Origin: Eledone cirrhosa
Lineage: Eukaryota
Length of the DNA stretch: 64,000 nucleotides
Reading direction: 5' to 3'
Assembly: GCA_964016885.1 (NCBI GenBank)
Contig: OZ024743.1
Location: 132,866,001 to 132,930,000 of the forward strand
Shown here: piece by piece, positions 50,201 through 60,900 of the stretch
How positions within the stretch are numbered: the first letter of the stretch is position 1
How the letters are laid out: each line of letters starts with the position of its first letter
Position numbers and translations under genes: made by a program
Notes under the pieces: model-generated
The model's input: the letters and a program-made list of their open reading frames with translations, nothing else
Databases searched by the model: none
What the model was told of the DNA's origin: nothing

Positions 50201-53200
50201 GTGCTTGGTGTTTGTACTTGGTGCTTGGTGCTTGGTTCTTGGTGTTTGGTGCTTGGTGCTTGGTGTTTGGTGTTTGGTGCTTGGTGTTTGGTGCTTGGTG
50301 TTTGGTGCTTGGTGCTTGGTGCTTAGTGCTTGGTGTTTGGTGCTTGGTGTTAGGTGTTTGGTGCTTGGTGCTTGGTGTTTGGTGTTTGGTGCTTGGTGTT
50401 TGGTGCTTGGTGTTTGGTGTTAGGTGTTTGGTGCTTGGTGTTTGGTGTTTGGTGCTTGGTGTTTGGTGCTTGGTGTTTGGTGCTTGGTGTTTGGTGCTTG
50501 GTACTTGGTGCTTGGTGCTTGGTGTTAGGTGTTTGGTGCTTGGTGCTTGGTGTTTGGTTTTTGGTGCTTGGTGCTTGGTGTTTGGTGTTTGGGGCTTGCT
50601 GCTGGCTGCTTGGTGTTTGATGCTTGGTGATTGGTGCTTGGTGTTTTGTGCTTGGTGTTTGGTGTTTGGTGTTTGGTGCTAGGTGCTTGGTGTTTGGTGC
50701 TTGGTGCTTGGTGCTTGGTGTTTGGTGTTTGGTGTTAGGTGCTTGATGCTTGGTGTTTGGTGCTTGGTGCTGGGTGGTTGGTGTTTAGTGCTTGGTGTTT
50801 GGTGCTGGGTGCTTGGTGTTTGGTGCTTGGTGCTTGGTCTTTGGTGCTTGGTGTTTGGTGTTTGGTGCTTGGTGCTTGGTGTTTGGTGCTTGGTGCTTGG
50901 TGTTTGGTGCTTGGTACTTAGTGTTTGGTGCTTGGTGCTTAGTGTTTGGTGCTAGGTGCTTGGTGTTTGGTGCTTGGTGCTTGGTGTTTGGTGCCTGGTG
51001 CTTGGTGTTTGGTGTTTGGTGTTTGGTGCTTGGTGCTTGGTGTTTGGTGTTTGCTGTTTACTGTTTGTTGTTTGGTGTTTGCTGTTTGGTGTTTGGTGTT
51101 TGCTTTTTGGTGCTTGGTGTTCGGTGCTTGGTGCTTGGTGTTTGGTGCTTGGTGTTCGGTGCTTGGTGCTTGGTGTTTGGTGCCTGGTGCTTGGTGCTTG
51201 GTGCTTGGTGTTTGGTGTTTGGTGCTTGGTGCTTGGAGTTTGGTGTTTGGTGCTTGGTGCTTGGTGTTTCGTGTTTCGTGTTTGGTTTTTGGTGCTTGGT
51301 GCTTGGTGCTTGGTCCTTGGTGTTTGGTGTTTGCTGCTTGGTGTTTGATGCTTGGTGCTTGGTGCTTGGTGTTTTGTGTTTGGTGCTTGGTGGTTGGTGT
51401 TTGGTGCTTGGTGCTTGGTGCTTGGTGTTTGTACTTGGTGATTGGTGTTTGGTTCTTGGTTCTTGGTGTTTGGTGTTTGGCGTTTGGTGTTTGGTGCTTG
51501 GTGCTTGGTGTTTGGTGCTTGGTGCTTGGTGTTTGGTGCCTGGTGCTTGGTGCTTGGTGTTTGGTGTTTGGTGCTTGGTGCTTGGTGCTTGGAGTTTGGT
51601 GTTTGGTGCTTGGTGCTTTTTTTTTTGTGTTTGGTGTTTGGTTTTTGGTGCTTGGTGCTTGGTCCTTGGTGTTTGGTGCTGGGTGCTTTGTGTTTGGTGC
51701 TTGGTGCTTGGTGTTTGGTGTTTGCTGCTTGGTGTTTGATGCTTGGTGCTTGGTGCTTGGTGTTTTGTGTTTGGTGCTTGGTTCTTGGTGTTTGGTGCTT
51801 GGTGCTTGGTACTTGGTGTTTGTACTTGGTGCTTGGTGCTTGGTGTTTGGTTCTTGGTTCTTGGTGTTTGGTACTTGGTGCTTCGTGCTTGATGTTTGGT
51901 GTTTGGTGCTTGGTGTTTGGTGCTTGGTGCTTGGTGCTTGGTGTTAGGTGTTTGGTGCTTGGTCCTTGGTGTTTGGTGCTTGGTGTTTGGTGTTTGCTGT
52001 TTGGTGTTTGGTGTTTGGTGTTTGGTGTTTGCTGTTTGGTGTCTGCTTTTTGGTTTTCAGTGTTTGCTGTATGGTGTTTGGTGTTTGCTGTTTGGTGTTT
52101 GGTCTTTGGTCCTTGGTGTTTGGTGCTTGGTGCTTGGTGTTTGGTGTTTGGTGCTTGGTGCTTGGTGTTTGGTGTTTGGTGCTTGGTGTTTGGTGTTTGG
52201 TGCTTGGTGTCTGGTGCTTGGTGTTTGGTTTTTGGTGCTTGGTGTTTGGTGTTTGGTGTTTGGTGTTTGGTGCTTGGTGCTTGGTGTTTGGTGTTTGGTG
52301 CTTGGTGTCTGGTGCTTGGTGTTTGGTGTTTGGTGCTTGGTGTTTGGTGTTTGGTGTTTGGTGCTTGGTGCTTGGTGCTTGGTGTTTGGTGTTTGGTGCT
52401 TGGTGTTTGGTGCTTGGTGCTGGGTGGTTGGTGTTTGGTGCTTGGTGTTTGGTGCTGGTTGCTTGGTGTTTGGTGCTGGGTGCTTGGTGTTTGGTGCTTG
52501 GTGCTTGGTCTTTGGTGCTTGGTGTTTGGTGCTTGGTGCTTGGTGCTTGGCGTTTGGTGGTTGGTGCTTGGTATTTGGTGCTTGGTGCTTAGTGTTTGGT
52601 TTTTGGTGCTTGGTGCTTGGTGTTTGGTGTTTGGTGCTTGCTGCTGGCTGCTTGGTGTTTGATGCATGGTGATTGGTGCTTGGTGTTTGGTGCTTGGTGT
52701 TTGGTGTTTGATGCTTGGTGCTTGGTGCTTGGTGTTTGGTGCTTGGTGCTTGGTGTTTGGTGCTTGGTGCTTGGTGTTTGGTGCTTGGTGTTTGGTGCTT
52801 GGTGCTTGGTGCTTGGTGATTGGTGTTTGGTGGTTGGTGCTTGGTGCTTGGTGTTAGGTGTTTGGTGCTTGGTGCTTGGTGTTTGGTGTTTGGTGCTTGG
52901 TGTTTGGTGTTTGGTGCTTGGTGTTTGGTGCTTGGTACTTGGTGCTTGGTGCTTGGTGTTAGGTGTTTGGTGCTTGGTGCTTGGTGTCTGGTTTTTGGTG
53001 CTTGGTGCTTGGTGTTTGGTGTGTGGTGCTTGCTGCTGGCTGCTTGGTGTTTGGTGCTTGGTGATTGGTGCTTGGTGTTTGGTGTTTGGTGTTTGGTGTT
53101 TGGTGCTTGGTGATTGGTGTTTGTACTTGGTGCTTGGTGCTTGGTTCTTGGTGTTTGGTGCTTGGTGCTTGGTGTTTGGTGTTATATGCTTGGTGTTTGA

Positions 53201-55210
53201 TGCTTGGTGCTTGGTGCTTGGTGCTTGGTGTTTGGTGTTTGGTGTTTGATGCTTGGTGCTTGGTGTTTGGTGCTTGGTGCTTGGTGTTTGTACTTGGTGC
53301 TTGGTGCTTGGTGCTTGGTGTTTGGTGCTTGGTGCTTGGTGCTTGGTGCTTGGTGCTTGGTGTTTGGTGGTTGGTGTTTGGTGCTTGGTGTTAGGTGCTT
53401 GGTGCTTGGTGCTTGGTGTTTGGTGTTTGGTGCTTGGTGTTTGGTGTTTGGTGCTTGGTATTTGGTGCTTGGTACTTGGTGCTTGGTGCTTGGTGTTAGG
53501 TGTTTGGTGCTTGGTGTTTGGTGCTTGGTGTTTGGTGCTTGGTGCTTGGTGCTTGGTGCTTGGTGCTTGGTGTTTGGTGGTTGGTGTTTGGTGCTTGGTG
53601 TTTGGTGCTTGGTGTTAGGTGCTTGGTGATTGGTGCTTGGTGTTTGGTGTTTGGTGCTTGGTGTTTGGTGTTTGGTGCTTGGTGTTTGGTGCTTTTTGCT
53701 TGGTGCTTGGTGCTTGGTGTTTGGTGCTGGGTGCTTGGTGCTTGGTGTTTGGTGTTATATGCTTGGTGTTTGATGCTTGGTGCTTGGTGCTTGGTGTTTG
53801 GTGTTTGGTGCTTGGTGTTTGATGCTTGGTGCTTGGTGCTTGGTGTTTGGTGCTTGGTGCTTGGTGTTTGGTGCTTGGTGCTTGGTGTTTGGTGCTTGGT
53901 GTTTGGTGCTTGGTGTTTGGTGCTTGGTGCTTGGTGCTTGGGGCTTGGTGTTTGGTGGTTGGTGCTTGGTGCTTGGTGTTAGATGTTTGGTGCTTCGTGC
54001 TTGGTGTCTGGTTTTTGGTGCTTGGTGCTTGGTGTTTGGTGCTTGTTGCTGGCTGCTTGGTGTTTGGTGCTTGGTGATTGGTGCTTGGTGTTTGGTGCTT
54101 GGTGTTTGGTGTTTGGTGCTTAGTGTTTGTACTTGGTGTTTGGTGCTTGGTGTTTGGTGCTAGGTGCTTGGTGTTTGGTGCTTGGTGCTTGGTGTTTGGT
54201 GCCTGGTGCTTGGTGTTTGGTGTTTGGTGTTTGGTGCTTGGTGCTTGGTGTTTGGTGTTTGCTGTTTGCTGTTTGGTGTTTGTTGTTTGGTGTTTGTTGT
54301 TTGGTGTTTGCTGTTTGGTGCTTGGTGTTTGCTTTTTGGTGTTTGGTGTTTGATGTATGTTGTTTGCTGTTTGGTGTTTGGTGTTTGGTGTTTGGTGCTT
54401 GGTGCTTGGTGTTTGGTGCTTGGTGCTTGGTGTTTGGTGCCTGGTGCTTGGTGTTTGGTGTTTGGTGCTTGGTGCTTGGAGTTTGGTGTTTGGTGCTTGG
54501 TGCTTGGTGTTTCGTGTTTCGTGTTTGGTGCTTGGTGCTTGGTGCTTGGTCCTTGGTGTTTGGTGCTGGGTGCATTGTGTTTGGTGCTTGGTGCTTGGTG
54601 CTTGGTGCTTGGTGTTTGGTGTTTGCTGCTTGGTGTTTGATGTTTGGTGCTTGGTGCTTGGTGTTTTGTGTTTGGTGCTTGGTGCTTGGTGCTTGGTGTT
54701 TGGTGCTTGGTGCTTGGTGCTTGGTGTTTTGTGTTTGGTGCTTGGTGCTTGGTGTTTGGTGCTTGGTGCTGGGTGGTTGGTGTTTGGTGCTTGGTGTTTG
54801 GTGCTGGGTGCTTGGTGTTTGGTGCTGGGTGCTTGGTGTTTGGTGCTTGGTGCTTGGAGTTTGGTGCTTGGTGCTGGGTGGTTGGTGTTTGGTGCTTGGT
54901 GTTTGGTGCTGGGTGCTTGGTGTTTGGTGCTGGGTGCTTGGTGTTTGGTGCTTGGTGCTTGGTCTTTGGTGCTTGGTGTTTGGTGCTTGGTGCTTGGTGC
55001 TTGGTGTTTGGTGCTTGGTGCTTGGTGTTTGGTGCTTGGTGCTTGGGGTTTGGTTTTTGGTGCTTGGTGCTTGGTGTTTGGTGTTTGGTGCTTGCTGCTG
55101 GCTGCTTGGTGTTTGATGCATGGTGATTGGTGCTTGGTGTTTGGTGCTTGGTGTTTGGTGTTTGATGCTTGGTGCTTGGTGCTTGGTGTTTGGTGCTTGG
55201 TGCTTGGTGT
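40090..55210 (+). repeat. 7558-bp near-perfect tandem duplication
   Basis: Every ORF starting from 40388 to 47611 has a counterpart starting at +7558 (40388/47946, 43394/50952, 45038/52596, 47086/54644), with matching translations except where ORFs cross the junction; private T10 run at 44059-44068 and 51617-51626. Confidence 0.96.
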
Positions 55211-58200
55211 TTGGTGCTTGGTGCTTGGTGTTTGGTGCTTGGTGTTTGGTGCTTGGTGTTTGGTGCTTGGTGCTTGGTGCTTGGTGCTTGGTGTTTGGTG
55301 GTTGGTGCTTGGTGCTTGGTGTTAGGTGTTTGGTGCTTGGTGCTTGGTGTTTGGTGTTTGGTGCTTGGTGTTTGGTGTTTGGTGCTTGGTGTTTGGTGCT
55401 TGGTACTTGGTGCTTGGTGCTTGGTGTTAGGTGTTTGGTGCTTGGTGCTTGGTGTCTGGTTTTTGGTGCTTGGTGCTTGGTGTTTGGTGTTTGGTGCTTG
55501 CTGCTGGCTGCTTGGTGTTTGGTGCTTGGTGATTGGTGCTTGGTGTTTGGTGCTTGGTGTTTGGTGTTTGGTGCTTGGTGATTGGTGTTTGTACTTGGTG
55601 CTTGGTACTTGGTTCTTGGTGTTTGGTGCTTGGTGCTTGGTGTTTGGTGTTATATGCTTGGTGTTTGATGCTTGGTGCTTGGTGCTTGGTGTTTGGTGTT
55701 TGGTGTTTGATGCTTGGTGCTTGGTGTTTGGTGCTTGGTGCTTGGTGTTTGAACTTGGTGCTTGGTGCTTGGTGTTTGGTGCTTGGTGCTTGGTGCTTGG
55801 TGCTTGGTCCTTGGTGCTTGGTGTTTGGTGGTTGGTGTTTGGTGCTTGGTGTTAGGTGTTTGGTGCTTGGTGCTTGGTGTTTGGTGTTTGGTGCTTGGTG
55901 TTTGGTGTTTGGTGCTTGGTGTTTGGTGCTTGGTACTTGGTGCTTGGTGCTTGGTGTTAGGTGTTTGGTGCTTGGTGTTTGGTGCTTGGTGTTTGGTGCT
56001 TGGTGCTTGGTGCTTGGTGCTTGGTGTTTGGTGGTTGGTGTTTGGTGCTTGGTGTTTGGTGCTTAGTGTTTGGTGTTTGGTGCTTGGTGTTTGGTGTTAT
56101 ATGCTTGGTGTTTGATGCTTGGTGCTTGGTGCTTGGTGTTTGGTGTTTGGTGCTTGGTGTTTGATGCTTGGTGCTTGGTGCTTGGTGTTTGGTGCTTGGT
56201 GCTTGGTGTTTGGTGCTTGGTGCTTGGTGTTTGGTGCTTGGTGTTTGGTGCTTGGTGCTTGGTGTTTGGTGGTTGGTGCTTGGTGCTTGGTGTTAGGTGT
56301 TTGGTGCTTGGTGCTTGGTGTCTGGTTTTTGGTGCTTGGTGCTTGGTGTTTGGTGCTTGTTGCTGGCTGCTTGGTGTTTGGTGCTTGGTGATTGGTGCTT
56401 GGTGTTTGGTGCTTGGTGTTTGGTGTTTGGTGCTTGGTGTTTGTACTTGGTGTTTGGTGCTTGGTGTTTGGTGCTAGGTGCTTGGTGTTTGGTGCTTGGT
56501 GCTTGGTGTTTGGTGCCTGGTGCTTGGTGTTTGGTGTTTGGTGTTTGGTGCTTGGTGCTTGGTGTTTGGTGTTTGCTGTTTGCTGTTTGGTGTTTGTTGT
56601 TTGGTGTTTGTTGTTTGGTGTTTGCTGTTTGGTGTTTGGTATTTGCTTTTTGGTGTTTGGTGTTTGATGTATGTTGTTTGCTGTTTGGTGTTTGGTGTTT
56701 GGTGTTTGGTGCTTGGTGCTTGGTGTTTGGTGCTTGGTGCTTGGTGTTTAGTGCCTGGTGCTTGGTGCATGGTGCTTGGTGTTTGGTGTTTGGTGCTTGG
56801 TGCTTGGAGTTTGGTGTTTGGTGCTTGGTGCTTTGTGTTTCGTGTTTCGTGTTTGGTTTTTGGTGCTTGGTGCTTGGTGCTTGGTCCTTGGTGTTTGGTG
56901 CTGGGTGCATTGTGTTTGGTGCTTGGCGCTTGGTGCTTGGTGCTTGGTGTTTGGTGTTTGCTGCTTGGTGTTTGATGCTTGGTGCTTGGTGCTTGGTGTT
57001 TTGCGCTTGGTGCTTGGTGCTTGGTGTTTGGTGCTTGGTGCTTGGTGCTTGGTGTTTGTACTTGGTGTTTGGTGGTTGGTGCTTGGTGCTTGGTGTTAGG
57101 TGTTTGGTGCTTGGTGCTTGGTGTTTGGTGTTTGGTGCTTGGTGTTTGGTGTTTGGTGCTTGGTGTTTGGTGCTTGGTACTTGGTGCTTGGTGCTTGGTG
57201 TTAGGTGTTTGGTGCTTGGTGTTTGGTGTCTGGTTTTTGGTGCTTGGTGCTTGGTGCTTAGTGTTTGGTGCTTGGTGCTTAGTGTTTGGTGCTAGGTGCT
57301 TGGTGTTTGGTGCTTGGTGCTTGGTGTTTGGTGCCTGGTGCTTGGTGTTTGGTGTTTGGTGTTTGGTGCTTGGTGCTTGGTGTTTGGTGTTTGCTGTTTG
57401 CTGTTTGTTGTTTGGTGTTTGCTGTTTGGTGTTTGGTGTTTGCTTTTTGGTGCTTGGTGTTTGATGCTTGGTGCTTGGTGCTTGGTGTTTGGTGCTTGGT
57501 GCTTGGTGTTTGGTGTTTGGTGCTTGGTGCTTGGTGTTTGGTGCTTGCTGCTGGCTGCTTGGTGTTTGGTGCTTGGTGATTGGTGCTTGGTGTTTGGTGC
57601 TTGGTGTTTGGTGTTTGGTGCTAGGTGCTTGGTGTTTGGTGCTTGGTGCTTGGTGTTTGTACTTGGTGCTTGGTGCTTGGTTCTTGGTGTTTGGTGCTTG
57701 GTGCTTGGTGTTTGGTGCTTGGTGCTTGGTGTTTGGTGCTTGGTGTTTGGTGCTTGGTGTTTGGTGTTTGGTGCTTGGTGCTTGGTGTTTGGTGCTTGGT
57801 GTTTGGTGCTTGGTGTTAGGTGTTTGGTGCTTGGTGCTTGGTGTTTGGTGTTTGGTGCTTGGCGTTTGGTGTTTGGTGTTATATGCTTGGTGTTTGATGC
57901 TTGGTGCTTGGTGCTTGGTGTTTGGTGTTTGGTGCTTGGTGCTTGGAGTTTGGTGTTTGGTGCTTGGTGCTTGGTGTTTCGTGTTTCGTGTTTGGTGCTT
58001 GGTGCTTGGTGCTTGGTCCTTGGTGTTTGGTGCTGGGTGCATTGTGTTTGGTGCTTGGTGCTTGGTGCTTGGTGCTTGGTGTTTGGTGTTTGCTGCTTGG
58101 TGTTTGATGCTTGGTGCTTGGTGCTTGGTGTTTTGTGTTTGGTGCTTGGTGCTTGGTGCTTGGTGTTTGGTGCTTGGTGCTTGGTGCTTGGTGTTTTGTG

Positions 58201-60900
58201 TTTGGTGCTTGGTGCTTGGTGTTTGGTGCTTGGTGCTGGGTGGTTGGTGTTTGGTGGTTGGTGTTTGGTTCTGGGTGCTTGGTGTTTGGTGCTGGGTGCT
58301 TGGTGTTTGGAGCTTGGTGCTTGGTGTTTGGTGCTTGGTGCTGGGTGGTTGGTGTTTGGTGCTTGGTGTTTGGTGCTGGGTGCTTGGTGTTTGGTGCTGG
58401 GTGCTTGGTGTTTGGTGCTTGGTGCTTGGTCTTTGGTGCTTGGTGTTTGGTGCTTGGTGCTTGGTGCTTGGTGTTTGGTGCTTGGTGCTTGGTGTTTGGT
58501 GCTTGGTGCTTGGGGTTTGGTTTTTGGTGCTTGGTGCTTGGTGTTTGGTGTTTGGTGCTTGCTGCTGGCTGCTTGGTGTTTGATGCATGGTGATTGGTGC
58601 TTGGTGTTTGGTGCTTGGTGTTTGGTGTTTGATGCTTGGTGCTTGGTGCTTGGTGTTTGGTGCTTGGTGCTTGGTGTTTGGTGCTTGGTGCTTGGTGTTT
58701 GGTGCTTGGTGTTTGGTGCTTGGTGTTTGGTGCTTGGTGCTTGGTGCTTGGTGCTTGGTGTTTGGTGGTTGGTGCTTGGTGCTTGGTGTTAGGTGTTTGG
58801 TGCTTGGTGCTTGGTGTTTGGTGTTTGGTGCTTGGTGTTTGGTGTTTGGTGCTTGGTGTTTGGTGCTTGGTACTTGGTGCTTGGTGCTTGGTGTTAGGTG
58901 TTTGGTGCTTGGTGCTTGGTGTCTGGTTTTTGGTGCTTGGTGCTTGGTGTTTGGTGTTTGGTGCTTGCTGCTGGCTGCTTGGTGTTTGGTGCTTGGTGAT
59001 TGGTGCTTGGTGTTTGGTGCTTGGTGTTTGGTGTTTGGTGCTTGGTGATTGGTGTTTGTACTTGGTGCTTGGTACTTGGTTCTTGGTGTTTGGTGCTTGG
59101 TGCTTGGTGTTTGGTGTTATATGCTTGGTGTTTGATGCTTGGTGCTTGGTGCTTGGTGTTTGGTGTTTGGTGTTTGATGCTTGGTGCTTGGTGTTTGGTG
59201 CTTGGTGCTTGGTGTTTGTACTTGGTGCTTGGTGCTTGGTGCTTGGTGTTTGGTGCTTGGTGCTTGGTGCTTGGTGCTTGGTCCTTGGTGCTTGGTGTTT
59301 GGTGGTTGGTGTTTGGTGCTTGGTGTTAGGTGTTTGGTGCTTGGTGCTTGGTGTTTGGTGTTTGGTGCTTGGTGTTTGGTGTTTGGTGCTTGGTGTTTGG
59401 TGCTTGGTACTTGGTGCTTGGTGCTTGGTGTTAGGTGTTTGGTGCTTGGTGTTTGGTGCTTGGTGTTTGGTGCTTGGTGCTTGGTGCTTGGTGCTTGGTG
59501 TTTGGTGGTTGGTGTTTGGTGCTTGGTGTTTGGTGCTTAGTGTTTGGTGTTTGGTGCTTGGTGTTTGGTGTTATATGCTTGGTGTTTGATGCTTGGTGCT
59601 TGGTGCTTGGTGTTTGGTGTTTGGTGCTTGGTGTTTGATGCTTGGTGCTTGGTGCTTGGTGTTTGGTGCTTGGTGCTTGGTGTTTGGTGCTTGGTGCTTG
59701 GTGTTTGGTGCTTGGTGTTTGGTGCTTGGTGCTTGGTGTTTGGTGGTTGGTGCTTGGTGCTTGGTGTTAGGTGTTTGGTGCTTGGTGCTTGGTGTCTGGT
59801 TTTTGGTGCTTGGTGCTTGGTGTTTGGTGCTTGTTGCTGGCTGCTTGGTGTTTGGTGCTTGGTGATTGGTGCTTGGTGTTTGGTGCTTGGTGTTTGGTGT
59901 TTGGTGCTTGGTGTTTGTACTTGGTGTTTGGTGCTTGGTGTTTGGTGCTAGGTGCTTGGTGTTTGGTGCTTGGTGCTTGGTGTTTGGTGCCTGGTGCTTG
60001 GTGTTTGGTGTTTGGTGTTTGGTGCTTGGTGCTTGGTGTTTGGTGTTTGCTGTTTGCTGTTTGGTGTTTGTTGTTTGGTGTTTGTTGTTTGGTGTTTGCT
60101 GTTTGGTGTTTGGTATTTGCTTTTTGGTGTTTGGTGTTTGATGTATGTTGTTTGCTGTTTGGTGTTTGGTGTTTGGTGTTTGGTGCTTGGTGCTTGGTGT
60201 TTGGTGCTTGGTGCTTGGTGTTTAGTGCCTGGTGCTTGGTGCATGGTGCTTGGTGTTTGGTGTTTGGTGCTTGGTGCTTGGAGTTTGGTGTTTGGTGCTT
60301 GGTGCTTGGTGTTTCGTGTTTCGTGTTTGGTTTTTGGTGCTTGGTGTTTCGTGCTTGGTCCTTGGTGTTTGGTGCTGGGTGCATTGTGTTTGGTGCTTGG
60401 CGCTTGGTGCTTGGTGCTTGGTGTTTGGTGTTTGCTGCTTGGTGTTTGATGCTTGGTGCTTGGTGCTTGGTGTTTTGCGCTTGGTGCTTGGTGCTTGGTG
60501 TTTGGTGCTTGGTGCTTGGTGCTTGGTGTTTGTACTTGGTGTTTGGTGGTTGGTGCTTGGTGCTTGGTGTTAGGTGTTTGGTGCTTGGTGCTTGGTGTTT
60601 GGTGTTTGGTGCTTGGTGTTTGGTGTTTGGTGCTTGGTGTTTGGTGCTTGGTACTTGGTGCTTGGTGCTTGGTGTTAGGTGTTTGGTGCTTGGTGTTTGG
60701 TGTCTGGTTTTTGGTGCTTGGTGCTTGGTGCTTAGTGTTTGGTGCTTGGTGCTTAGTGTTTGGTGCTAGGTGATTGGTGTTTGGTGCTTGGTGCTTGGTG
60801 TTTGGTGCCTGGTGCTTGGTGTTTGGTGTTTGGTGTTTGGTGCTTGGTGCTTGGTGTTTGGTGTTTGCTGTTTACTGTTTGTTGTTTGGTGTTTGCTGTT
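54450..60900 (+). repeat. Tandem duplication of about 3.47 kb
   Basis: Offsets 3467 (54644/58111, 55120/58587, 55533/59000) then 3474 (55961/59435, 56297/59771, 56979/60453): a one-monomer difference. Confidence 0.92.
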
